Made by a program: the position numbers and the translations under genes
Notes under the pieces: model-generated
Databases searched by the model: none
Told to the model about the DNA's origin: nothing
The model's input: only the letters and a program-made list of their open reading frames with translations
Source of the DNA: Nitrospira sp.
GTDB taxonomy: Bacteria; Nitrospirota; Nitrospiria; Nitrospirales; Nitrospiraceae
Direction of reading: 5' to 3'
Length of the DNA: 64,000 nucleotides
Assembly (NCBI GenBank): GCA_019636815.1
Contig: JAHBWT010000003.1
Span: 8,086-72,085 of the forward strand
Shown: positions 1 to 10,214 of the stretch, in pieces
How the letters are laid out: the number at the start of each line of letters is the position of its first letter
Position numbering within the stretch: position 1 is the first letter of the stretch

Positions 1-364
1 CGATCACGATGCTTTGGATTGTCGGCCATCCGATGAGGCTCCCTATCACAGTGGCCAATCCGATCGACATGAGAATGCCGAGCGGGCCGCCTGCAAGGGC
101 GACCCATTTGACCCGCATCAAGTCCTTCACGGAAAACTCAAGCCCGATCGAGAACATCAAGAGAATGACACCGATCTCTGCAAAGAGCTCGAAGGCGTGC
201 GGTTCTGAGATAGTCAGTCCAGGGGTAAAGGGGCCGATCGCGATACCGCCCAGCACATAGCCGAGAATCAACGGCTGCCCGGCTATCCGGGCAAGCACGC
301 CACCGGAGACGGCGGCAATAAATACGATGGCAAAGTCTTTAAAAAATACGGGATCAGGTTGCAC
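1..364 (-). CDS. cation:proton antiporter (CPA2/Kef-like), N-terminal fragment; gene continues past window start
   Basis: Not in ORF track. GTG at 364 with AGAGG 6 nt upstream. Own translation VQPDPVFFKDFAIVFIAAVSGGVLARIAGQPLILGYVLGGIAIGPFTPGL..FAEIGVILLMFSIGLEFS is a typical Na+/H+-exchanger family N-terminus. Confidence 0.7.
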   Translation of the reverse strand, partial: MQPDPVFFKDFAIVFIAAVSGGVLARIAGQPLILGYVLGGIAIGPFTPGLTISEPHAFELFAEIGVILLMFSIGLEFSVKDLMRVKWVALAGGPLGILMSIGLATVIGSLIGWPTIQSIVI

Positions 365-586
365 GTAACACCTCTTGAGCGAACGCTATTCGCGATTGAC
401 CGGCCATGGCCGGTTGGCGGCAAGGCCACCAGATCGGGGAACGAAAATACCATAGATCAGTGAAGAATGCCGCCACTCATGGATAAATTGTTGGAGTGAA
501 CGATGTAACAAGAAAAGTCTCTGTTTCGTTCAGATCAATCGCCGGTGAGGGATGCCTGCAGCCGAACGCTCGAAGTGAAGATGCGG

Positions 587-907
587 CTACTGGTGTGAAC
601 CGGGGAAATCTTCCGGGAGCGGAGCGCGTGAAGTTACACGCCTTCGCAGGCCCACTTGGCCCAGCAGGAAGGCGCTCACCGGCGCGGTCATGAACAGAAA
701 CAGGGCAATGAGCAGTTTATGCAGGGTGAGTCCATCGGCGGTGTGGATGACGGCCGCGAGCAACAGGCTCCCGACGCCCAACGTCGTGGATTTCGTCGGG
801 CCGTGCAGCCGCATGAAGAAATCGGGGAGGCGAACGAGGCTGAACGCTCCCACGACAATGAACAGACTGCCGACCAACAGGAGCACGGAGACGAGAAGAT
901 CGAGCAT
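587..907 (-). CDS. mrpG: Mrp Na+/H+ antiporter subunit G
   Basis: Track ORF 587..967. Internal ATG at 907 (MLDLLVSVLLLVGSLFIVVGAFSLVRLPDFFMRLHGPTK) is MnhG-like and lies 4 nt after the mrpF stop. Confidence 0.85.
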   Translation of the reverse strand: MLDLLVSVLLLVGSLFIVVGAFSLVRLPDFFMRLHGPTKSTTLGVGSLLLAAVIHTADGLTLHKLLIALFLFMTAPVSAFLLGQVGLRRRVTSRAPLPEDFPGSHQ

Positions 908-911
908 CGTG

Positions 912-1181
912 TTACTCCATGACCTTGCCGCGGGCAAGAAAGCGGGCGAGCGCCGCCGTGGCCACAAACCCGGTCAATGCGATCAGCAGCGCCGCTTCGA
1001 AAAAGATCGACGTGGACAGGTAGATGTCCAGGACGATCAGCAGCGCGATCGTATTGATGTACAGCGTGTCGAAGGCGAGCGCGCGATCGGCCGGATGGGG
1101 GCCGCGCATGAGGCGTACCATGCACAACGTGAGCGCGAGCGCAATGGAACCCAACGCGACATAGACGGCGGCGGTCAACAT
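912..1181 (-). CDS. mrpF: Mrp antiporter subunit F
   Basis: 89-aa three-TM protein, MnhF-like (RLMRGPHPADRALAFDTLYINTIALLIV); position in the mrp gene order. Confidence 0.85.
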   Translation of the reverse strand: MLTAAVYVALGSIALALTLCMVRLMRGPHPADRALAFDTLYINTIALLIVLDIYLSTSIFFEAALLIALTGFVATAALARFLARGKVME

Positions 1182-1660
1182 TCCAGGATCTCCATCAAAG
1201 GGCGCTCATATCGCTCTTTGACCTTGGCGATGAAAGCCTCTTCGTCTTCCAGGTCAAGCACATGCACCAGCATTGTACGTGCATCCGGCGAGAGCGCCAA
1301 GGGGATGGAGCCCGGCGTAATCGAAATCATGCTCATAAACAGCGAGATCGCGGACGGGTGAGTCACGGTCACTGGAACTTTCACGAATGCAGGTCGCAGG
1401 CGCGACACGGGCCCCAGCACGAGACGGGCGACGATGATATTGGCAATGAGGATATCCCACACAACATGTCCTGCCAGCCGTATCGCTCCGGTTACCGACC
1501 GGATGCCGGGCAGACCGCCCAGCAAGGGAGCCACGGCGCGCGGGATGGTCAGCGCCAGCACCAGTGCCAACCCGAGGTGCGCCGGCGAGAAACCGGCCAA
1601 CGCGAGCCAGGTTGCCGCCAGGATCACCGAGAGCATGGGGAAAGGGCAGAGGGTGTTCAT
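1175..1660 (-). CDS. mrpE: Mrp antiporter subunit E
   Basis: 161 aa, MnhE-like; ATGA overlap with the mrpD stop; position in the operon. Confidence 0.85.
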   Translation of the reverse strand: MNTLCPFPMLSVILAATWLALAGFSPAHLGLALVLALTIPRAVAPLLGGLPGIRSVTGAIRLAGHVVWDILIANIIVARLVLGPVSRLRPAFVKVPVTVTHPSAISLFMSMISITPGSIPLALSPDARTMLVHVLDLEDEEAFIAKVKERYERPLMEILEC

Positions 1661-3201
1661 CGGCCAATCTCCGGATAAGGCCGGATCAGCCCCTCGCGGA
1701 GCGGCCCGAGCACGGTGTCGATGTAGGTGGACGGCGCGATCAATTGCGCCGCCGTCTCATCGGTATAGCGCGTGATCGGGGCCGCGAACACGACAAGGAG
1801 GAGGCTGCCGCCGGCCAGCATCGCAAGCGCTGTCCATTCTCCCGCACGTGGAGGAGCGGCCTGCCCAGAGGACGGCGGATCGGTCGTGTTCCAGAGCAGG
1901 ATACTGCCGGCCCGCGAGCAGCCGATCAGAGTGAGCACGCTCGTCACCAACACCACCGTCCAAACCATGGCGGCAGTCGTTCCGTCGTGCGTGCTGTGCA
2001 GCACCATCAGTTTCCCGAAAAACCCCGATGAGGGCGGAACGCCAGCCATGGTGGCGCCGCCGAACAGGAATGCGAGCCCGAGCGGCGTCGCCTGGCGCAG
2101 CGGCGGGCCCGGATGCAGTTGATCGTGCATGGCCCCACGGCTTCGTCCGAGCAGATCGGTGACGAGAAACAGCACGGCGATGGCGAGGGTGGAATGCGCC
2201 AGGTAATAGAGCGCCGCGGAGAGCGCGGCGCTGCCGCCGATCGCCACGGCGGTAAGGATGGTCCCGGCCGAAGCGATCGTCAAGTACGCGGTCATGGTGG
2301 CCAAGCGTTCGGCGCCGAGCGCTCCCACGGTGGCCAGCACAAGGGTGACCAGGGCAACGGGCAGGAGCCAGGAGGACGTTAGCTCCATGGTGGCGTCCGC
2401 CCCGCCACCATAGATCAGGGTGGTCAGGCGAATGATCGCATAGATTCCCACCTTGGTCATGATCGAGAACAGGGCGGCGACCGGAGCGGGGGCGTTCGCA
2501 TAGGCGGGAGGTAGCCAGAAGTAGAGGGGGAAGAGCGCGGCCTTGATCGCAAAGACGCCGAGGAGCAACAGGCCCGCCGCCCGGGCGAGCGCCACGTCTT
2601 CCGACCGTATCTGCGCGATACGCTCGGCCAGGTGGGCCATGTTGAGAGTGCCGGTGATGCCGTACAGCAGGCTGACGGCGATCAGAAAGACGCTGGATGC
2701 GGCGATGTTGACGGCGGCATAGTGCAAAGTCGCGCGCAGCCGGTCCAGTCCCAGTCCCTGCAGCGCGAGGCAGTATGAGGCGATCAAGAGGATCTCGAAG
2801 AAGACGAACAGATTGAACAGGTCTCCCGTGAGGAACGCCCCATTCAATCCCATCACCTGAAACAGAAAGAGCGGGTGGAAGAACTGCCCACGGGTATCCC
2901 ACCCCTGTCCCGCGTACAGCACCGCCGCGAGCGTGAGCACCGCTGTCAAGAGCAGCATGAAGGCAGAAAGACGGTCCGCGACCAGGACAATGCCGAACGG
3001 CGCCGGCCAGTGGCCGAGGGCGTAGACGAGCGGTCGGTCAGGCTGGACGTGCACAAAGATGGCGACCGCCACGGCCAAGAGCCCCGCGGCGGCCCCCAGG
3101 CTCAGCACGCGCGCTGCTGCCAGCGGCGCGCGATACAGGAGCAGGAGCAACGCCGCCGCGAGCGCGGGCAGCACGATTGGAACCACCAGCAGATGAGTCA
3201 T
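1657..3201 (-). CDS. mrpD: Mrp antiporter subunit D (NuoN/ND2-like proton-conducting subunit)
   Basis: 514-aa polytopic protein with the ND2/ND4/ND5-type core (FFHPLFLFQVMGLNGAFLTGDLFNLFVFFEILLIASY). Confidence 0.9.
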   Translation of the reverse strand: MTHLLVVPIVLPALAAALLLLLYRAPLAAARVLSLGAAAGLLAVAVAIFVHVQPDRPLVYALGHWPAPFGIVLVADRLSAFMLLLTAVLTLAAVLYAGQGWDTRGQFFHPLFLFQVMGLNGAFLTGDLFNLFVFFEILLIASYCLALQGLGLDRLRATLHYAAVNIAASSVFLIAVSLLYGITGTLNMAHLAERIAQIRSEDVALARAAGLLLLGVFAIKAALFPLYFWLPPAYANAPAPVAALFSIMTKVGIYAIIRLTTLIYGGGADATMELTSSWLLPVALVTLVLATVGALGAERLATMTAYLTIASAGTILTAVAIGGSAALSAALYYLAHSTLAIAVLFLVTDLLGRSRGAMHDQLHPGPPLRQATPLGLAFLFGGATMAGVPPSSGFFGKLMVLHSTHDGTTAAMVWTVVLVTSVLTLIGCSRAGSILLWNTTDPPSSGQAAPPRAGEWTALAMLAGGSLLLVVFAAPITRYTDETAAQLIAPSTYIDTVLGPLREGLIRPYPEIGR

Positions 3202-3554
3202 GGCTCGTCCACCTCGTTACGGTCCGGAACGGGCTCCCTGCCGTCGGCATGATCGCTCCCCGTCTCGGACCTGGTGCGCACCGCGAGTGCCATGATGAAT
3301 CCGGTCATGCCGAAGCCGATGACGATGGCCGTCAAGACGAGCGCCTGCGGCACCGGATCGGCGTAGATGCTCGTCTCGGGGGCGATGATGGGAGCCGCTC
3401 CCGGGCGAAGCCGTCCCATCAAGAAGATGAATAGGTTTGCGGCGGAGGCCAACAACGACAGGCCGAGCGCGACTGGAAACATGCGCCCGCGTAACAGCAG
3501 ATAGACGGCGCAAGCGGTGATGGTGCCGAGTCCGATCGCCAGCATCATTTCCAT
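3198..3554 (-). CDS. mrpC: Mrp antiporter subunit C (NuoK-like)
   Basis: Inner start MEMMLAIGLGTITACAVYLLLRG at 3554 inside track ORF 3198..4058; ATGA overlap with the mrpA stop; 118 aa, three TM. Confidence 0.85.
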   Translation of the reverse strand: MEMMLAIGLGTITACAVYLLLRGRMFPVALGLSLLASAANLFIFLMGRLRPGAAPIIAPETSIYADPVPQALVLTAIVIGFGMTGFIMALAVRTRSETGSDHADGREPVPDRNEVDEP

Positions 3555-6334
3555 CAGGTGTCCTCCCGCGAGGCGGATGCCGTGCACCGGGCCTGTCCAA
3601 GGGCGGTCAACGTCAACAGCGTCGCGCCGAGCACCACCATGAAGACGCCTAGGTCGAAGGCTATTGCGCTGGCGAGGGTGAGGTCGCCGATGAGCGGGAT
3701 GCGCCAGTGGCCGGTTGCGCTGGTGAGAAACGGTGCGCCAGCCAGCATGCTGGCAAGTCCCGTCACGCCGGCCAGCAGCACGCCGGCACCGATCAGAGCG
3801 AGAAAGTCGATCCGCACGCGGGCGAGTATCGGGCGGAGCCCGTCGCCCATATATTGCATGACGAGCGCGAGCGCGGCGACGAGCCCCGCGAGAAATCCGC
3901 CGCCCGGCAGATTGTGGCCGCGCAGGAACACGTAGACTGCCACCAGCAGCGCGAACGGGAGCAGCACCCGTGCCGCCGCCGCGAACAGGATCTGGTTCAT
4001 CGACGGTAAGGGCACGGCCGGCGGCGTGTCGGTGCGCAGTCCGGCCAGGAGCATCCATGCTCCCATGGCCGCCATCCCGAGGACGATGATCTCGCCGAAG
4101 GTATCGAATCCGCGGAAATCGACGAGCAACACGTTCACGACGTTATTCCCGCCGCCACCCGGCACGCTGTGCTCCAGAAAGTACCAGGCGATCGATTCTT
4201 CTTCGCGCGTCAGCACCGCCCATGACAAGCCCGCCACCATCACACCTGCGCCCGTCGCCAGGGCGGCATCGCGCGCTCTCCGCCCGCGCGTCGATTCCCG
4301 CCGCGTCGACTGCGGCAGGAGCGCGAGCGCCATGAGCAGCAACAGCGTCGTGACGACCTCGACGGCGAGCTGGGTCAATGAGAGGTCGGGGGCCGAGAAA
4401 TAGGCGAACGCGATCGAGGTAGCCAGTCCGACGACGCCGGCCAGGATGATGGCGACGACCCGCGTGTGATGCAACCAGACGGCACCGAGGGCCCCGGCCA
4501 TCGCCGCGCCCCACACTACTATACCTAGCGTCGGCGGTACTGCGGGCGTCAGGTTCCCCGCGCCAAACCCATGTACCACGAACGGCCATGCCCCGAGTCC
4601 GAGGAACGTTGCAATGACCAATGCCAGGGAGCGCTGGAGCGAGCCGTTGTGAAGTTGGTTCGTGAACCGGGCCGCAAGGACGATCAAGCCGTCGTACGCG
4701 TGCTGAAAGAGCAATCGTCCCGTGTAGCGCACCGGCACGTGCAGGTGCAGATCATAGTGATGCCGCAGCAGCCAATAGATCACCGCCCCGCCGGCGAGGG
4801 CAACCGCGCTCATGGCCAGCGGCAGCGTGAAGCCGTGCCAGATCGTGATGTGATAAGCGGGCAGCGAGTCCCCGACCACCTCCCGCGCCGCCGCATCCAC
4901 CAGCGGGGCGACGGTATAGTTGGGCAGGACGCCGACCGCGATGCACACGACCGCCAGGATTTCAGCCGGCACCTTCATATAGCGCGGCGGCTTGTGCGGC
5001 GGGTGCGGCAGATCATGCGGCTTGTCGAAGAACACATCGTGGATGAACCGGACTGAGTAGGCGACGCTGAACATCGCCCCCAGCGTGACGGCGGCCGGGG
5101 CGACCCCCTCCAACAACGGCAGACCATGAAGATCGAGCGCTTCGGCAAAAAACATTTCTTTGGAGAGAAACCCGTTGAAGAGCGGGACGCCGGCCATCGC
5201 CGACGCCGCCACGATGGCCAGCGTCGCCGTCTGCGGCATGTTCCGCCAGAGTCCGCCCAGCCGCCGCATGTCGCGGGTTCCGCATTCGTGATCGATGATG
5301 CCAGCCGCCATGAAGAGCGACGCTTTGAAGGTCGCATGGTTGCCGATGTGAAACACCGCGGCAACCGAGGACATCGGCGTATCGAGTCCCAACAGGAACA
5401 CAATGAGGCCGAGGTGGCTGATGGTCGAATACGCGAGCAGGCCCTTCAGGTCGTGCCTGAACATCGCCACGTACGCCCCGAACACCATCGTGACCAGGCC
5501 GACGCCGGTCGTCGTGTATTCGAACACGAGGTTGCCGCCGAGCAAGGGATAGAGCCTCGCAAGCAAAAACACGCCGGCCTTTACCATGGTGGCGGAGTGC
5601 AGATACGCCGAGGCGGGCGTGGGCGCCGCCATCGCCGCGGGCAGCCAGAAGTGAAATGGAAACTGCGCCGATTTGGTGAACGCTCCCAACAGAATCAGCG
5701 CGAGGGCGACATTGAACCGAGGATGATTCCGGATCGCCTCGCGGGCCGAGAACCAGGCGGAGAGCTCGAAGCTCCCGGCAATCTCGCCGATGAGCAGGAG
5801 CCCGGCGAGCAGGGCGAGCCCGCCGCCGCCGGTGACGGCAAAGGCCATGCGCGCACCCTGTCGGGCGAGCGGGCTGTGGGTCCAGAATCCGATCAGCAGG
5901 AAGGAGGAGAGGCTCGTCAGCTCCCAGAACATCACCAACAGCAGCATGTTCTCGGAGAGGACGATGCCCAGCATCGCGGTCATGAACAGCATCAGCAGGG
6001 CGTACAGCCGGCCGATGCGGTCCTGCGGGGACAGGTAATAGCGCGCGTACAGAACGACCAGCAGGCCGATACCGAGAATGAGCAGCGAAAAAAAGAAGCC
6101 CAGTCCGTCGAGCCGGAACGAAAGGTTCAACCCGAGCTGCGGCAGCCACGGCCAGCTCACGAGAATCCGTTCACCCGCCAGGACGGCAGGAGCCTCACCG
6201 GCCAGCAGCGCAAGGCCGCCCGCGATCGGCACGGCGGCGGCCCAAGCGGCGGCGGTGAAGCCCCGGCGCTGCGCAAGGAGCGCGCCGGTGGCGCCGGCGA
6301 GGAAGGGAAGCAGGATGATGATCGGCAGCGTCAT
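3554..6334 (-). CDS. mrpA: Mrp antiporter subunit A with fused MrpB-like C-terminal domain
   Basis: 926 aa. NuoL/ND5-like N-terminal region plus extra C-terminal TM domain. There is no separate mrpB, so this is the six-gene (group 2) Mrp layout. Confidence 0.9.
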   Translation of the reverse strand: MTLPIIILLPFLAGATGALLAQRRGFTAAAWAAAVPIAGGLALLAGEAPAVLAGERILVSWPWLPQLGLNLSFRLDGLGFFFSLLILGIGLLVVLYARYYLSPQDRIGRLYALLMLFMTAMLGIVLSENMLLLVMFWELTSLSSFLLIGFWTHSPLARQGARMAFAVTGGGGLALLAGLLLIGEIAGSFELSAWFSAREAIRNHPRFNVALALILLGAFTKSAQFPFHFWLPAAMAAPTPASAYLHSATMVKAGVFLLARLYPLLGGNLVFEYTTTGVGLVTMVFGAYVAMFRHDLKGLLAYSTISHLGLIVFLLGLDTPMSSVAAVFHIGNHATFKASLFMAAGIIDHECGTRDMRRLGGLWRNMPQTATLAIVAASAMAGVPLFNGFLSKEMFFAEALDLHGLPLLEGVAPAAVTLGAMFSVAYSVRFIHDVFFDKPHDLPHPPHKPPRYMKVPAEILAVVCIAVGVLPNYTVAPLVDAAAREVVGDSLPAYHITIWHGFTLPLAMSAVALAGGAVIYWLLRHHYDLHLHVPVRYTGRLLFQHAYDGLIVLAARFTNQLHNGSLQRSLALVIATFLGLGAWPFVVHGFGAGNLTPAVPPTLGIVVWGAAMAGALGAVWLHHTRVVAIILAGVVGLATSIAFAYFSAPDLSLTQLAVEVVTTLLLLMALALLPQSTRRESTRGRRARDAALATGAGVMVAGLSWAVLTREEESIAWYFLEHSVPGGGGNNVVNVLLVDFRGFDTFGEIIVLGMAAMGAWMLLAGLRTDTPPAVPLPSMNQILFAAAARVLLPFALLVAVYVFLRGHNLPGGGFLAGLVAALALVMQYMGDGLRPILARVRIDFLALIGAGVLLAGVTGLASMLAGAPFLTSATGHWRIPLIGDLTLASAIAFDLGVFMVVLGATLLTLTALGQARCTASASREDT

Positions 6335-6352
6335 GGCCGGAAGACGACGGTG

Positions 6353-7237
6353 CTAGAGTCGTTCACGGACGACAAGCACGTCACATTCCGAACCGGTGAG
6401 GACATGGCGCGTGACGCTCCCGAGAAGCAGTTCTTCGGCATGGGACTGACCGTGCTTGCCGATGATGATCACATCCGCCGAAAGCTCCTTCGTCTTGGCC
6501 AGGATCACGGGAGACGGATCGCCGCGCTCGACGGCAAACGATATCCGGTGCGCATCGTTCCCGGCGTTGTGGATCAGATCTATGATTCTCTTCGCGGCGT
6601 CCCGCTGTTCCGCGTCGCAGTATCGCTGAATGGCGTCGTCCGCCGCGCCAGCCATACGGAGCCTCCCTTCGAACGGAACGTGAAACGCGTGGACGATCGT
6701 AATACGGGCGTTGGGAGCGATCAGCTTCGCCATGGTCAACGCGGAAGCGGAATAAGGAGAAAAATCGACCGGCACGATCGCATGCGCATACCCGGCCTTC
6801 GGCGGGCGTTTGGCCACGAGCAGCGGCCGCTTGCACGTACGCAGCAATCGCTCCGCCGTCGTACCGAGGATCAGATCGCGCAGAGGGTTCGCTCCATGCG
6901 CCCCCAGGACGAGCAGATCCGCCGACTCAGACGTCGAAAGAATCTCGGCCAGCACCTGGCCGGTCTTGACGTCCGTGTGCCCGGCCACGCCCGTCTTCTT
7001 GCCGATGTCCGCCGCCAGGTCGTCCAGCATGCGTCTGGCGTCGTCGATCAGCTTGGCCTCGGCGTCGGCCGGCGTGCAGAACAATTTGCGGAGATCATTC
7101 AACGAAGAGCCGCTGACGACGTGCAGCAGATTCAGGCGCGCACGCTGTTCTCTCGCGACGAGGGCGGCGCGCTCGGCGGCATACCGGGCCTCGTCGGAGA
7201 AGTCGGTTGCGGCGGCAATGGACGTCATCGTCGTCAT
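6353..7237 (-). CDS. universal stress protein, tandem Usp domains
   Basis: Two UspA-like halves (LLHVV.., ADLLVLGAHG..; ADVIIIGKHGQSH..LLGSVTRHVL). Start MTTMTS at 7237 shares ATGA with the ATPase stop. Confidence 0.85.
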   Translation of the reverse strand: MTTMTSIAAATDFSDEARYAAERAALVAREQRARLNLLHVVSGSSLNDLRKLFCTPADAEAKLIDDARRMLDDLAADIGKKTGVAGHTDVKTGQVLAEILSTSESADLLVLGAHGANPLRDLILGTTAERLLRTCKRPLLVAKRPPKAGYAHAIVPVDFSPYSASALTMAKLIAPNARITIVHAFHVPFEGRLRMAGAADDAIQRYCDAEQRDAAKRIIDLIHNAGNDAHRISFAVERGDPSPVILAKTKELSADVIIIGKHGQSHAEELLLGSVTRHVLTGSECDVLVVRERL

Positions 7238-10008
7238 GGACAGGTCTCCTCTTTGCGTGCGGAAACGGAGCGACGTGCCCGGCCCCACTTGGAGGGCACG
7301 GCGGTGCTCCCGGTGAAGACGCGGATCACGGCTTTCTCCGCCTCAGCGACCACAAAGACAAAGACTCCCACCAGCGTCACCTTGAGCCACTCTCCAAGGG
7401 TCAGGTGCGTCGAGTTGAAGACGTCCTGTAATGGGCCGGTGTGCACATAGGCGATCTGCAGCAGTGTGCAGGCGGCGATGACGATCAGGACAGAGGGATT
7501 GCCGAGAAACCCCTCGCGCGAGAGCACCGATCTGACGATGTAGCGGCTGTTCAGCAGATAGAACATTTCCGCCACCACGACCGTGCTTACAGCCATGGTG
7601 CGCGCGGTTTCCAGATTGGCGCCTCGGTCGAGTTCCCAGAGAAACAGCCCCAGCGCTCCCGTCATCATCAGCCCGGAGACCATCATGATCCGCCAGACGA
7701 AAAACCACGACAGCAGAGGCTCTTGCGGGTCGCGCGGAAGCCGTTGCATGACGTCCGACTCCGGAGCCTCGAATGCCAGTGCGAGTCCGAGCGTGCTTGA
7801 TGTCGCCATGTTGATCCATAGAACCTGGGCGGCCGTCAGGGGCAACGGCAGCTCGAACAGGATCGCCGCCGTCACGACCAACACTTCGCCGCCGTTGGTC
7901 GGCAGCATGAACAGGACGAATTTCCGAATACTATCGTAGACTCCGCGCCCTTCCTGCACGGCGCTGCTGATCGTGGCGAAATTGTCGTCGGCGAGTACCA
8001 TGTCGGCCGCTTCCTTGGCGGCGTCGGTCCCCTTCAACCCCATGGCCACTCCGACGTCCGCGCGCTTGAGGGCAGGGGCGTCGTTGACACCGTCGCCGGT
8101 CATCGCCACGATGTGCCCCGCCGCTTGCAGCGCATGGACCAGCCGCAGTTTGTGCCCGGGGCTCGTGCGGGCGAAGACATCGACGTCAGACACAGTCAGG
8201 CGGAGCTGCGCGTCGTTCATTGCTTCGATTTCGGCGCCGGTCAGTGCCGGTTTGTCGTGGCCGATGCCGAGACGCGAGCCGATGGCACGCGCGGTGTCCG
8301 CATGGTCTCCGGTGATCATTTTGACCCGGATGCCGGCGGACGTGCATTCCGCCACCGCCGCCATAGCCTCCTCCCTTGGAGGATCGATAATGCCCATGAG
8401 AGCGAGGAGGATGCATCCGGTCTCAACGTCAGCAAACCGCACGTCACGTTGCGCGGACGGTACCTGCTTCATAGCGATCGCCAATGTGCGCATCCCCTGG
8501 CCGGCGCATTCCGTAGCCTGCCCGCCCCAATGGTCCCGGTTGAGCGGCAGGTCCTCGCCGTCGGCGTGGTACTTGTCGCACATATCGACCACGCGTTCAG
8601 GGGCCCCCTTTACATAAATGAACCCATGACCCTCGTGGTCATGATGGAGCGTCGCCATGAACCGGTGCTCGGATTCGAACGGAATGGCGTCGATACGGGG
8701 AAACGCCTCGCGTTCCAATGCCGGATCAAGGCCGGCTTTGACCGCGAGCGTGAGCAGGGCGCCCTCGGTCGGGTCACCTTCCAGCTGCCAGGTCCCGTTC
8801 CGTTTTCGCAGCAGTGCATCGTTGCAGAGCAGGGCGGCGCGCGCGATCCCGGCGACTTCGGGGTGGTCGCCGACCGATACCGCCGCTCCGGAAAGGTGAA
8901 GCCCGCCCTCGGGAGCGTATCCGACGCCGCTGACCTGGAAGATATGATGTCCGGCGATGACCGATTGAACCGTCATCTCGTTCTTGGTCAGGGTGCCGGT
9001 CTTGTCGGAGCAGATGACCGTGACCGCCCCCAGTGTCTCGACGGCGGGTAGGTGACGGATAATGGCGTTGCGTTTGGCCATGCGTCGTACGCCAAGGGCC
9101 AGGGTGATCGTCATAATCGCCGGAAGCCCCTCGGGAATCGCCGAGGCGGCGAGCGCGACAACCATCATGAACATCTCGTTGGGGGGGTGCCCGCGCCACA
9201 GGACACCGATAATGAAGGTGGCCAGAGCCATCACGCCAATGGCGAGCGCCAGCCAGCGGCTGAACCCCGCCATCTGGCGTATCAACGGAGTCGTCACTTG
9301 CTGGACGTGCGCCAGCATCGCGCTGATGCGTCCCAATTCGGTGCGGATGCCCGTCGCGATGACCACGCCCGTCGCCTGTCCGGACACCACCAATGTGCCG
9401 GAATAGAGCATGCAGCGGCGATCGCCCAGCAGGGCGTCAGCGGGCACGGAGGCCACCGACTTCTCCACGACCGCCGATTCCCCCGTCAAGATCGCTTCAT
9501 TCACGTGCAGACTCTTGCCCGCCGTGAGCCTCAGGTCGGCAGGTACCTTGTCGCCGGAAATCAGGGTCACGATATCTCCCTGCACCAGAGCTTCGGCTGC
9601 GATCTGGGCTCGTTCCGCATCGCGGAAGACCGTCGTACGCAGGGAGAGCATGCCGCGGATCGCGTCGAGCGCCTGCTCCGCCTTCCCTTCCTGGATAAAG
9701 CCGATGATGGCGTTGACGATGACGGCGGCGAAAAGGACCGCGGCATCGATCCAGTGGCTGAGCAAACCGGCGATCACGGTGGCGGCCAGCATCATGTAGA
9801 TCAGTACGTTGTGGAACTGTAGGAGGAAGCGCAGCCATCCCGGCCTTTTGACCGGAGGGGGGAGGCGGTTGGGGCCGTCGCGCGCCAGCCGCCGCTCGGC
9901 CTCCTCGACAGTCAGCCCGCGATGGTGATCCGTTTCCAACCGCTCGATCACGTCCTTGACATCGAGGTGATGCCATTGGACGAGATCATCCTGCTCGTTC
10001 TTCGCCAT
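7234..10008 (-). CDS. cation-transporting P-type ATPase (P2, Ca2+/Mg2+-type)
   Basis: 924 aa with LTGES, CSDKTGTLT, MITGDH and TGDGVNDAPALK motifs. Confidence 0.9.
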   Translation of the reverse strand: MAKNEQDDLVQWHHLDVKDVIERLETDHHRGLTVEEAERRLARDGPNRLPPPVKRPGWLRFLLQFHNVLIYMMLAATVIAGLLSHWIDAAVLFAAVIVNAIIGFIQEGKAEQALDAIRGMLSLRTTVFRDAERAQIAAEALVQGDIVTLISGDKVPADLRLTAGKSLHVNEAILTGESAVVEKSVASVPADALLGDRRCMLYSGTLVVSGQATGVVIATGIRTELGRISAMLAHVQQVTTPLIRQMAGFSRWLALAIGVMALATFIIGVLWRGHPPNEMFMMVVALAASAIPEGLPAIMTITLALGVRRMAKRNAIIRHLPAVETLGAVTVICSDKTGTLTKNEMTVQSVIAGHHIFQVSGVGYAPEGGLHLSGAAVSVGDHPEVAGIARAALLCNDALLRKRNGTWQLEGDPTEGALLTLAVKAGLDPALEREAFPRIDAIPFESEHRFMATLHHDHEGHGFIYVKGAPERVVDMCDKYHADGEDLPLNRDHWGGQATECAGQGMRTLAIAMKQVPSAQRDVRFADVETGCILLALMGIIDPPREEAMAAVAECTSAGIRVKMITGDHADTARAIGSRLGIGHDKPALTGAEIEAMNDAQLRLTVSDVDVFARTSPGHKLRLVHALQAAGHIVAMTGDGVNDAPALKRADVGVAMGLKGTDAAKEAADMVLADDNFATISSAVQEGRGVYDSIRKFVLFMLPTNGGEVLVVTAAILFELPLPLTAAQVLWINMATSSTLGLALAFEAPESDVMQRLPRDPQEPLLSWFFVWRIMMVSGLMMTGALGLFLWELDRGANLETARTMAVSTVVVAEMFYLLNSRYIVRSVLSREGFLGNPSVLIVIAACTLLQIAYVHTGPLQDVFNSTHLTLGEWLKVTLVGVFVFVVAEAEKAVIRVFTGSTAVPSKWGRARRSVSARKEETCP

Positions 10009-10214
10009 TACTTCGTCCTGCTCATTCCTAGAATCGAGGAAGCTATCATATAAGGCTTCCCCGCAACAGAATCAACGGTTGCCAATCAATCCGAGCGAGT
10101 AGGCTGCTGGCGACGGTGGCGAGGAATACAATCGCAAGGTCTGGTACTGGTGGGATCAGATCCAGGAGAGATGGAAGCGATCAGGGAATCGTACAAGAGG
10201 AGGATGCAAAGTCC

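Noticed and set aside
5126-7450. 774-aa plus-strand ORF, and other long ORFs antisense to or out of frame with recognised genes (for example 18061..20130, 1757..2902, 5013..6149, 16154..16795, 37346..37999, 39330..39893, 43199..43828).
   Set aside because: They lie opposite or out of frame to genes with unmistakable family signatures (MrpA, USP, AcrB, bactofilin, RayT, HK). They are Arg/Gly/Pro-rich low-complexity translations typical of GC-rich antisense frames, and they lack an RBS.
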